From assembly GCA_976226885.1 (NCBI GenBank), contig OZ320319.1:33294001-33358000 (forward strand): 64,000 bases of DNA, given 5' to 3'. This document shows, piece after piece, positions 12,047 through 23,412 of the stretch. This stretch comes from Iphione sp. A-MEVVRFRX5. Taxonomy: Eukaryota. Position numbers and translations under genes: made by a program. The notes under the pieces are model-generated. The model was not told where the DNA came from and made no database searches. It saw nothing but the letters and a program-made list of their open reading frames with translations. How positions within the stretch are numbered: the stretch's first letter is position 1; each line of letters starts with the position of its first letter.

Positions 12047-13931
12047 TAACAAACGTGTTTAATTGCGCCAAGTGTTTTTTCCAAATGTTCCATCATTTAT
12101 TGCAACATTATGGCTGATAATGTATTGAAATGTTAGGATGTGTTCAAGGATTCCGTCAAAAGTATGTGATCTTTCTCCTTGCATTTAATCTACATATTTA
12201 CCTCAACTGATGTTTTATACCTTACATATTGAAGCATATGAAATGCAACTTATAACGTTCTGCGAATTATAGACTTGGGTTAAATGTTGTCGACTGTGTG
12301 TCGCCAAATTCCCTCTACCACGATTTAGACAGAATATAATTCCCCACTCTTGGAGAACGGGAGAACGGGACCAACGAAATAAGACAACAGAGATGTAGAT
12401 GAAAAGATCCCTGTGCTTGAACGGAAAATATAATTTGCATGTACAGGAGATGCATTAAACCTCCAAAATTGAATTAAAGTATCATTTGCACCGACTAAAT
12501 ACATACCTTTCGTCGGATAGGAATTACTCCGGAATATAACACATGGATTAACAGCAGGAATGATAATCCACTTGTTGTCTTGTCCAACGATCTGCTAATT
12601 CTTACACATGCATCGACCCAACACGAATGACTACTCTGTGTAATTGCACTGTTTATGTTAGACAAAGGTAGCAATCAAAACGCTACGATTTGAGGTTTGA
12701 ATCTGCTATATCTTTACCCTGTAATAAATAAGGAAAAAAATTATCTTTCATTCAGAAATTACAATACCTGCCTTACTTGGCAAGCAGTGTCATGTAATGC
12801 AGGTCAGGTATGCAACGCAGGTTTTGCCAAATGAGATCAACTGTCTAGTACCTGCATCCTCCGCTTGTCCGTCGGTGTGGAGCAGCTTGTCAGCGAGTCA
12901 GCCAGTGACTGCTGGCCCGCGTGCAGTCTCAAACGCGTGCAGCGAGCACATCGAGAGCAGCTCGCAAGAGTCTCTTCTGGCACCGCCAGGTAGTAGTAGA
13001 AGTTTCGTCGTTGTGGTAGTAGTAGTGACTCTTGTACACAAGTAAAAATACACCTTGTTGAGAGGCCAGCTGTCGTACAGTCCACGTCTGAAGCAGTCGA
13101 TAAAATACACTGAAATCCCGTCTGGAAGCTTCCTACGCAAACATCTATCTATACCTACGGATTTACCTTTCCTGCTTGATCAGAGGAACCTCACTCAGGT
13201 GGGGAACGTGGGATATCTACCTTGATGCAGGTCATCACGATGCCTTTTAACTTTATTCAACGCACATTTATGAAACTGAAAAATGCAAAGGATGTGGAGC
13301 ATGGTAAGACCTATCGGTTGTTCTGCATGTTTCAGATATGTATCAATGTTGTCTCTCATGCCAATTATGATTTCGTGTTACCAATTTCTGTAAATATGCA
13401 ATATGAAAAAGAAATGAAAATGGAGTCAATTTGAGATAGATGCAGTCGGTATGAGACTGGCGTCCTGAACAGAAATTTCGATAAGAAGCAACAGGTTACC
13501 ATAGAAACAGAGCTATCTGGGATTACTGGTGTCCAGCATTCATTTTGCGTTCTTCTATGGTTGCCCAAGTACAATAGTGAACGGGCCCCCATAATGGCAG
13601 GAGGCACATTTAGCACCAAATAATCTCAAGGTTGTCCGGGTCCGCTAAAACGCGACAATATGCACCACATCAGGGGCAGTGAATGACACGCTTATGTATA
13701 CATGTACATGTGTATGTAAAGTTTGTCTGGAACAAATAGAACAAAAGCATTGCTCAATACTTCCTGTGAAGGATGAGATTTTGATGGACATTTTTAAAAC
13801 AATATGAAATATTCATATGTTTCGGATAATCTCATGACTTTTCCATAATGCAGTTCTGAAGCAATTTTCTCTAGATAACTTGTGGTCTGATTCTATTTAC
13901 CATCCTGCGCATCTTATTTTACGTTTATACA

Positions 13932-14105
13932 TTACATGTTTAGGAAATAATTTAAAATCTGGATTTTTAATTGCATTTTACTTCGCACGTCTTCCTCTAT
14001 ACCAGTCATCCTTCCTCCTTACATGTTTAGGAAATAATTTAAAATCTGGATTTTTAATTGCATTTTACTTCGCACGTCTTCCTCTATACCAGTCATCCTT
14101 CCTCC
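13932..14105. repeat. Perfect 87-bp tandem duplication (2 copies)
   Basis: TTACATGTTTAGGAAATAATT...CAGTCATCCTTCCTCC at 13932-14018 and again at 14019-14105 with no differences seen. It also shows as the duplicated 29-aa peptide in ORF 13880-14125. Confidence 0.97.
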
Positions 14106-15779
14106 AATTCTCTCCTTCTTTCTAAGAAGAATACTCTCTGTCCACCCACCCTCACAATACTCAATTATGGCCTCATGAATGTTGCATCGACTACTGGGCT
14201 AGGAACCTCTCTACCCACCTCCTGAAGGTAACTGAGCTTCAAACCATGCTGGTCGTAACGGCAGATCGATGGCCACGTTTGTCTAGGTACCAGTCAACTG
14301 CCTGTGATGGATAACGGTGGTGTTAAGTGAGTTAGTGTCCCCGCACTGGACCTACCTATAGTATGGTGAGAGTGAAACCAGCAGTTGACCCGTCAGCAAG
14401 ATTTCTACTAGTGCGCGGTAATATGATAGAGCCATGTAATATTCTCTTTCACTTGTTCGGAAAAGGTCACTCTTTTCAAAATAGCTTTCAACTAAATATT
14501 TCCTTTTTTAATATATTCATAATATATTGAATAACTCGCACTGGCATACAAATTGGGGTTGTTTGACACTCAGTTCTGGCTTTGTTATTCAAAAAAGGGG
14601 AAAAATCCCTCTGAATGATGGATGTCACCTTCTTCGTTCCATAGAATACAACCTGTTACCATAAGCGTCACCGAACGTCACCCTGTTGACTAGGTGAGGA
14701 ACATGTCATTGTCATGTAACCATATTAATATCCAAATAATTGTCATATATATCTATGTCCTCTTAAAGGAAAGCAATTGAGTATATTTTTCCAGCAGGTA
14801 GGAAACGTGATACTCCGTACGAATTGAATTTTCATACAGTTTCTCAGAAGCTTTCTTGGTTTCAATCCATCAGTAAACTAGCGGATCGGTGTCCTAAATA
14901 TCTATATACATGTATGTTTATACATATATCTATATAGATAGATATTGCGTTTATGAGTGCATTGTTTTAATAACTTCCCTGTGGACATTATTTGCACTGA
15001 CCGAGCACTACATAAACATCACTCGGAGAAACCGAGGAGTCATTTTTACCATTCCTTCTTCATAAATATTTAATGGCCGACGCGCTGTTAACTGGTTGAA
15101 TTATTCCGCCCTCGTGCCACTGTTCTCGGCTGGAATGTCAGTGTCGATGACAAAAGAGGCGAGCCCGGGCGAAAGGCTATTGTGATTGAATTCCACGGTT
15201 GATGAGATCACCGAAGCTTGTCGTTTGTTCGTTATTATGAAATAGTTTACACCAAAGCCGAACTTGTAGCACATTTAAAACTTAACGATATCCAAGATGG
15301 AAAATTTGTATTGTAATCTATGTCTGATTGTCCCTTAATTATCCTGATCCGAATAAAGTGTTCGCGTTGTTTAGGATGACGTCTGCTGGTGTTGAGCTGC
15401 TCTTCACAGCTTTCACAGTAGACAAATGAAGATGAGCTTTTTCGTGTCGGTGACATACTTTGGGCAGAAGATCTTGGTACATGCGAATATTTTCTCACTT
15501 TTCATTTTCGCCTTGCAAATGTTCACCAGTGACCTTTTCCTATTTTGGAGCAAATTCAAATAGAAAAAAGGAACATAATGAGAAGGTCATGGCGAAATTG
15601 AAATGAATGAAGCTGAGAGGAATCACTAGAACGAATACCTAAAAAGTATTGCGGTGTTCATTTGTACATGAAAGTAACAATTTGTGGTGCTTGCTATGGG
15701 GCTGCTTCTTCAGTCCCCCAAATGAAAAGGAATTCACCTCATCCCAGTTTAGATGAGGTAACCTTCGGTAATGAGGACA

Positions 15780-16190
15780 TAAACGTTGTAGATTCTCTCA
15801 CCGAAAATGACAGGCTGTTCATTGTGCTTTCGCTGATCCAACATGAGACGTGGTTTACCTATTTGTAACGCTGTACCAATTTTATGTCGCGAGCCAGCCT
15901 CTTACACGGTACTATATAATAAGCTTAATTGGACGACAATGGCTAAGCTTAGCCATGCTCTTGGGTTTCTCCTGTCACCTGTTGATACCATGTAGCTGTT
16001 TTGAATCGTTTCGGAAGTGAATGTGGGATTTCAACTTGTACGAGACTAACGCGCAGTTTATTTCGAATTAATTAATTTTCTAGAAATGTAATTGTGTCTG
16101 CATGTAGCACTATACTCCGAGTTGTTTCCATTTGCTCACGTAGTTACATCGGAGTTTCTGATTATTCAGCCTTTCTCAAATTAGAATCGT
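15780..16190 (+). pseudogene. Remnant of another LINE APE endonuclease
   Basis: LFIVLSLIQHETWF (ETWF 15845-15856), MWDFNL (16021-16038; cf. MGDFN) and YIGVSDYSAFL (~16145-16177; cf. IGISDH) in correct order. Confidence 0.45.
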
Positions 16191-17755
16191 AATTAGGAAA
16201 CGTGCCAACTCCCTTTGTAGACCATACTTGCTTGGTTCCAACCATCATTTGTATTTTTATTGCGATGTTCGTGCTTTGAATGCCACCTTTTGTCCGGAGA
16301 GCCTCCAGGCCAGTATGTTTACAAGCAGTATTACAGGCGAGGAGTTTCATAACATGACTTATCATCGGCGTCCGTATTCCGTTGTGTACATTTCATTGTC
16401 CGTGTAGTAAACCCTAAACGACAGTGCTTCTTTAGTTTTTAAATAGCCACTTTATTTTTTTAAAACGGGGTCTCAGGCTGAATACCAGAAGACTTACTCT
16501 CAGACTTTTCACTGTGGTCATATGTTCGTACTATACGTAAATTTATCCATACCTTCGATACGTTTTGCCATCAGTTGCCAACTATACTTTTGCTGCCTTT
16601 ACACAAAGGACAACCGTTTCTTGTTTGCTAGATACCATAGCTCTCGTTGATTTGAGGGATTCATTCTTAAATATTATTCGGTTCTTGTAAAGCGTATTCA
16701 TATTTTGACAATTTAAAGCGTGTTAACGTATTACATTTATTACTAGAGAAAAAGGAAGATAGTGCATGTATTATTATAGAAAAAAAACAGGGCAGCACAA
16801 AACAATACCATTCCGAGTAGAGAGGGATGTGACGTGTACGAAAAAAGTAGGGCCAATATTCACAAAATTCCCCGAAGTCCCATCGGTTGCACTATTTCTT
16901 AGGCGAGCACATTTTCTTTTTTGGGGTTCATTTCACCTGTCTGACCATAAAACATGACAATGTGAAGGTCAAAAGAAGCCATTAACCGTCTTTTTAAAAA
17001 AAATAGATACCACTCATGATCTGTCCTGAGAGATGGACTTCTTCGCCTGTGTGTTGATCCCAGTAGTACTGTTTTTAGATATCCTGTTTACGAAAGTTTA
17101 GTTTATCATCTCTGAAAATAAAGAAAATATGTGTTGACAATGAAAAACCAATTAGGAGGAAATCTAAATCCAAAATATAACAAAATATAACCCTGATCTA
17201 ACACTTTGCCTTATTACGAGGCAGAAACCTGACAGTGAATGTTATGAGTCGTAATTTAGCTAAAAAAAATAGTTTATTTAATTTACCAAATAAACTTTTC
17301 GCTACAGTGCGCAAATCTCTTTGGTACTTGAACAGCCTCCGTAAGAAACCTTTAGCTTTACCTTTTTAACGTTTATATTTGGCCCATTAACCACCTTTTA
17401 GAAGTATACTGTGTGTTGTATAATCCTAGCGTTATTATGCCTATATTTCACCAAGGTTGCTATCTCTGTCTGTTCTGCCTATATGTGAAACAAGGTACAT
17501 GTATGTGATATCGTTGATTACCTTTATAGATGGCGCCTTCCGTCTCCAGGACAATATTGCTAGCACCACCTAAATGTGAGATGGCAATGGACATGTTTTT
17601 ACAGTGCCTATCCTACTTTGCCAAAGGCAAACAATATGTTAATTTGCCCTTCTTCGCTGTATGTCAATAGGCCTGTCTTGTTTTTCTATTCTTCTTGCTC
17701 TTACTCTCAAGCATTGCATACTGCTTTCAGCGACAAGTAGAATTGGTGTTATATG

Positions 17756-18076
17756 AGCAGGCCACCTTATTGTATACATATATTATGTGAGTGGAAATAC
17801 ATGTACTTTAAAACAATACTATAAATGAGCATTGTTCTATCAGGAGGCCAGCTCTCAGTATACATAATTTATTCGATGCTATATCAGCAGGCCCCCTGAT
17901 GCTATACATGTATATGTAAGCACATTATCTCCGAGGCACAATTAAGCATTACACATTGCCTCAAGTAAACAATAAAATTGATTTCAGCAGGCCACCATAT
18001 AATATACACACATCGTCCCTGTGGCACTTTGCAGCATTGTGTATTTTCTCGATCAGTAGGTGACCTTATATTGTAC
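17756..18076. repeat. Degenerate array: five ~25-bp CAGCAGGCCACC..TATACA units with unequal spacers
   Basis: Units start near 17756, 17840, 17884, 17984 and 18053, e.g. GAGCAGGCCACCTTATTGTATACA, TCAGCAGGCCCCCTGATGCTATACA and TCAGCAGGCCACCATATAATATACA. Confidence 0.6.
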
Positions 18077-18149
18077 TAGCTAAAACCGCCCCTACCACCA
18101 CTCTCTCTCCTTATTCCTACCATCCCCCGGAATACATCATATCACATAC

Positions 18150-18306
18150 TTGTACTGTTCTGTGTTGTGTTGTTTTTCTTAACTGCCCTGACGAAATGAG
18201 TCAGGGCTTGGTAGGGATTCAAACCTGGTTCTCCAACCTGACAGCCTTGTTATTACATACCCTATGTAAAGGCTGGCACTGCTATCCACTGTGCCACAGA
18301 GGCTGG
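18150..18306 (-). mobile_element. Short tRNA-derived SINE or tRNA-like pseudogene
   Basis: A box TGGCACAGTGG (18296-18286) and B box GGTTTGAATCC (18225-18215). A hairpin GCCCTGAC/GTCAGGGC (18185-18207) follows, then a CAACA/CAGAA-like tail near 18150-18175. Confidence 0.6.
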
Positions 18307-18448
18307 ACGATGGTTACATTATGATTCATTCATGCACTGCAATGTTAAAATTTAAACTCTTATTGGATGTTTCACTTTTTATTGAAAATACTTTCATAAA
18401 TTTGTTAATGTAAGGGGAGACCCCCATAGCCCCCCTTTTCCCCCAATA

Positions 18449-18646
18449 TTTTCATGAATTAACTGCATCTTTACCATGAACTCTGGAAATATTTGCCATT
18501 TTTCATAAATTCAGCACATCTTTAGCTGAATCTCTTGTAATATTTGCTGCTTTTCATGAATCAAATGTATCTTTGGCACTACCTCCATAAATATATTTTG
18601 CCATCTTTCCAGGAATTAAATGCATCTTTAGCACAATGTCCAGAAT
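18449..18646. repeat. Degenerate ~51-bp minisatellite, about 4 units
   Basis: Units TTTTCATGAATT..GCATCTTTA....AATATTTGCC start at about 18449, 18500, 18551 and 18605. Confidence 0.75.
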
Positions 18647-18914
18647 TTTTTTCCTTCATTAATGTGGGGGGGAGATTTCTTTCTTTTTTCACAATTATAA
18701 CATACTTTCTTGTATTATAGGTAATGTCTCTTTCTCCTTCTCTCTCTGTTGACTGTGACAGCTCTTGATTGGCACTTAAAAGAAGTTCTTACATTGTTAC
18801 ATAATAGCATGGAAGCCACCTCATCTATCAAATCAGTGGACCCAATCTTCTTGACTGGTTCAGAACATCATTTAGTTGTGAAGGGGTTGGTTTACATCAG
18901 TTAAAGTTCTTGGA

Positions 18915-18965
18915 CTCAATAATGTACTCGTAACTTACACTCAATAATGTACTCATAAACTCACA
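18915..18965. repeat. 25-bp imperfect tandem duplication
   Basis: CTCAATAATGTACTCGTAACTTACA followed by CTCAATAATGTACTCATAAACTCACA. Confidence 0.8.
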
Positions 18966-19739
18966 CATTATTTTGTGTGATCGGTAGTCCTCATACTTTA
19001 ACTAATATACACTTTCCTTGTGACTGGATTAGGCATTATATACTGCATTTCGTGACAATTAAAATCATCATATGATATAAGCAGACCAGCTTATATTATA
19101 CAAACATGCACATAGATATGTGTGAATGCCATTGATAATGATTACTGTGAAATTAAACGATTTTCTCTGCAAGATGATTTGTGAGTGGCTGCCTAGGCGC
19201 CTACTGATAAAAATTTGTTTTCTTTATTTTATTACAAGATACAAAAATCTACTCCTGTATTGTCAGTGAAAGAAATAATCACAGCAGTATTTATGCCCAG
19301 GAACAGCTGAAACACGGGCCGGCCACACTGACTTACTACATATTCAGAGATCATGAAAACAAATATGCCATGCAATGCATTCCACATGCTAGTGAAGCTA
19401 AGTAAAACGCAGCATATGTCTTCCCGACTGCAATTACTGCCCGTGATATAGATAATAATTAGAATGTGATTCATCCTAGAGATTATCGACCACAGTTACG
19501 ATCTCACTTCGCCAACTTGGTAGCTACTTATCATCGATTTCGAATACCGTTAACACCTGTTTTCCATTATTAGATTCCAAAAGGCTTGAAATCGGTTGAT
19601 ATATCTTAGCCTCCTGAACTTTATCTCCATGGAACCATCGTTTTCCACCTAGGTACATGTAAGATATGTAAAATACGATTACAGTGAGTATTAAAACAGG
19701 AGGCTTCACAAGTTAGGTCCAGTTTAAAACTATTTCTAG

Positions 19740-19960
19740 CCAGACGGTCGTTGAAAATGTTTTGCAGTAAGAATACAATTTCCTGTCCGGCGTTCTCCGC
19801 CACACTGTACACATTATGCATTCCAACTGAGAGGCTAACGGCACAGTTGGCTGGCGCCCGACAAGCACGCTGAATGACATACTAGCGGGGAATATGTGCC
19901 ACTTCAGTAGACGGCGCCCCAGATGGCACTTGGTGGTAAACGGATCTTTATCGCCTGCAT
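19740..19960 (+). pseudogene. Possible Gypsy-type integrase core remnant
   Basis: One frame reads FLSGVLRHTVHIMHSN*EANGTVGWRPTSTLNDILAGNMCHFSRRRPRWHLVVNGSL. Compare LGIxHxxTTxYHPQANGxVERxNxTLKxMLxK..PxxWDxxLxxxL. Confidence 0.35.
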
Positions 19961-20761
19961 GTTTGGGCGGTCCATTCCCGTCATGTCCGATGTAACCCAC
20001 ATTGGAACGAACCGCGGCTATGTTGCTATTAAATAAGGCGGTTTCCCCCTTTGCTATATACAGCATGGCCAGACTGGAGCCGTTTTGTCACTTGAGACGT
20101 TTTTTTCCGCACGTAAATGTTCTAGATTATGTATTCACACTCGCCTGTATTTTAATAAAGCTTTGCATGCACCCAAACTAAAATCAGGCATCCCTAGACG
20201 CAATATGGCTGCCTTTTGCTCCACCAACACGAAGTGTAGAAAGAACGTTTCTGCGATGCTTGACTGAAACGAGAGATGGCGCCACCTTTCACATCGGTTG
20301 CATCGGAGGGCGCCTTTGCCCGTGTGGAAAGGCCTGGGCAAAATGCTTGCATGGACAGGTTCCATTCCTCTCACTAATTGGGCCCAGTGATGAATGGCAG
20401 CCATTAAATTGCCAAGCCGTTGTCATTAAACAAAAGAACGCAACCCGATGCATTCTAATGAACCTGTGGGTCGGGAGTGACACCACCAAGCAATGTGCGT
20501 ACGATGATGACCTTGGTTTAGACAGAAGCCTGAACTACAGTTATCATCCCTCGTTCATGTTGACCTGCTGGTGACTCTCCTTGCTCTCCGTGCTGGGCAT
20601 TCTCGAGCTGCACGTAAACAAAAATAGCCAATAAATGATAGCTTTCATAGTTTTAGATTAATTTATAGCTTATTCTTATACCAAGAGCTCGATCGACATC
20701 TCAGCCCCCATCGACAGTCTCAGTATTATTTATTAACATTTTATTAATGCTGTCAAGTCAC

Positions 20762-20940
20762 CTACAACTCAAGGTTGACACCCGCATTGAGAAAGCCAAT
20801 AAATGTGTAATGGCATGCTTCGGACCACGAGTATCACATACAGTCAGCATAACACAATGTTAAGACTCACAAGACCAACCAGTAATGGTCTTCTTGGACT
20901 CTTGGCTACAATGTGCATATCAGCCTAATAAATAGACCGC
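20762..20940 (+). pseudogene. RTE-clade LINE remnant (post-RT region)
   Basis: LQLKVDTRIEKANKCVMACFGPRVSHTVSITQC resembles EVDxRIAKASxAFGRLxxRVWxxxxISxxTK. Confidence 0.4.
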
Positions 20941-23372
20941 ATAGATAGTCGTTTTAATACGAAAATGTAGTGTGGTAGAATTTGGTTGCTATGATACCAA
21001 TCTGTCAGATAAATAGTTGAATTATGTGAAGTCAATGATCCGCCCGTATGAATCCGGATAAGACTGCAGCTGGTGCCAATAAGAAAAAGCGCTCAAACAC
21101 GAGTCAATGGGAGTTATTTTCGGAAAGGTCCCTGGTGATTGAGTGGCAAAAGGCTGGCAGATGAAGTCCCCATGAACATCTGTTTGTTTTTACATTCACT
21201 TGAAGGTCACACTAAAGCCCCTGGGTGAGCCTCTGCTCGAGGGACATGGATTATGACCGGGGACGCCTAGGTCCTTACAGACGTTATGTGCGTGACACAC
21301 TCGTACTATCCAGCCTGGTACCTTATGGGCGCATGGCCTAACCTGACCTGGTCCCTTGTAAGTAGACGTGACCACGATATTGCCAAGGAGCAATTTCCAC
21401 AACGCCGTGTATATGTGCATGTACACACATACATGTACATGTATCTCAAAGGGACATCCTCCACCCAAAGTTCGCCATGAATCATAATTTACCCCTAAGT
21501 TCATATTGACTCATCATTTTCATCTTTTATATAGACTGGAGAAATCGGTATTTGACCGAGGTTTTAGCTCAATCACCCTAATGTACCTATCTACATATAC
21601 GGAGGCAGTTATGTTCCGACTCTCATAATCCTACACAATGCGTTCACTTTGTTTTTTCCCTTACCAGCCGTGACTGGGGTGAGTTATCCCAAAGACTTGA
21701 AATGGTCCCAAAGAAAAAGGAAAAGTGTTATTTTTTGGGTCGGGAGAAATGGCTGTCGGTAGCTGCCTGGTGTTAAATCAGCAGGACGACTGTAACGGCA
21801 AAACAAAACACATCGCACTGGTTATTGATGAGGCAATGAAACCTATTTGGATATAAATGCAAGCCATTGCTCACTATAATTTGACAGACACACGAAAAAA
21901 TCGCTACGGGGGGAGGCAGACAACATATAGACCCACAAAAATGGACCAACACGATTTAATCACGTCATTAAGCACCGTTTCCCATCTCCCAGCAGTAACG
22001 CCATCCACCTTATTAAATTTTGCCCCTTTTCATATCGAAAGGCAGCGAGTCTCGGGAACATTGTGTGCAATCATGTCTGCTGTTCACAGTAGTGTGAAAT
22101 GAGTGTAGTTTTTTATCACCCGATAACAAACACGGCCAAAAGATCCACCGAGAGAGACTTTCTTTTCAATTGAAATAGAATGGCGCACATCCTATCGAAG
22201 GAGGAACCCTGAGGCTTGTGTATATTCTGAGCTACACCCTGGGAACTTTTCATAAAACAAAGCTCAATCTATTTAAATTTGCAAATGAGCTACTGGTTCT
22301 CTTATATAATTCCTTTGTGTGTCGTCGCTAACCGGGGGTGGTACACCGATTGGTCTCATGACATTGAATAGTATTTCCCTGAAGTATTTCTTCTTCATTC
22401 AGATCTAATCCCTCGAATATGTCACTTGATGGCTTCATTTACTTGATATGCTTGCTTTCAGTGGCATGTAATTTGCCTACCTTCTATCAGATCTTTTAGG
22501 CGGAAACAAAAGAGCATGCGAATCTCCCCTTAGTAACCCACGATTTTCTCTTTCAAAACCTATACTTTTTCCGAAGCAACTATACACGGAGCAATGCATG
22601 TCCTACTTTTAACTCAGCTGACACTAGCACTGGTATTTTATTCGGCTATAGGCACTCGAGATTATACATGAGAATGATACTAATGATAAAAGCGCCAAGT
22701 AGGTGTTATTTTCGTTTGATTTTCTATTCAAATGGAAACAAGGGATTTCGGTGAGAAGTATTATATTTTTCCGCTCAGTATCGAACAACGAGTCATGTCT
22801 ATGAAGATTTGGTTTGATATAACCTAATAGATAGTTATCAGCTTAACGCAGTTCTGCACGGCCCATACAATGTTTGGATTAGGCAGCTGGTTAAGGTATG
22901 CAATCGTTCCAGTCTGTAGCAAAGCCCTCATCAAGAGTATGATGGTTGGTATGGATTGCCGGGACCACTTTATTTGGTGCGTTTATCGCCCATCAATGGC
23001 CAAGCGTGCCCATTATGCCCTGACCATGGATATAGCAGTAACGCGTGACTGCGGGCGTTTAGCCGGAAGACCGTTAGGCGGCAGGCGAGTGCTGCCCGCG
23101 TTACGTGTCATAGCCAGCGCACCCGCCGCAATGGGGCCTTTTTATGACGGTGCAGAAACGATCGGATTATACGGATAGGTTCGGAGTGCAAATGACGTAG
23201 TGGGGCGTCTGCAGAAATTACGGCTCCTTTTTTTAAAAAGAGTTTTTATTACTGTTGTTTTTTAAAGGTGTGAGGACAAGTCAAAGGTCTAAATGCTCAT
23301 TTATTCTAGTGATCATGTATGCATCAATACAAAAGGAAAAAATATCTGGGCAATCAAGGAGAATGAGAGAAG

Positions 23373-23412
23373 CAGACAGACAAATAGACAGACAGAGACA
23401 GAGAGAAAGAGA
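23373..23412. repeat. Degenerate (GACA)/(GA) microsatellite
   Basis: CAGACAGACAAATAGACAGACAGAGACAGAGAGAAAGAGA. Confidence 0.6.

Noticed and set aside
12837-13140. GC-rich exon-like segment on the minus strand (acceptor TTCAG near 13087; hemopexin-like NKVYFY word)
   Set aside because: No frame gives a coherent domain, and the donor is weak.
15165-15240. SECIS-like ATGA...GA hairpin near GCCCGGGCGAAAGGC
   Set aside because: The AA apical motif is not at the required spacing and there is no upstream selenoprotein ORF.
18188-18230. CTGACGA (also CTGATGA 5675, CTGAAGA 43811) as hammerhead ribozyme cores
   Set aside because: None is followed by stem II plus GAAA and a matching stem III/I.
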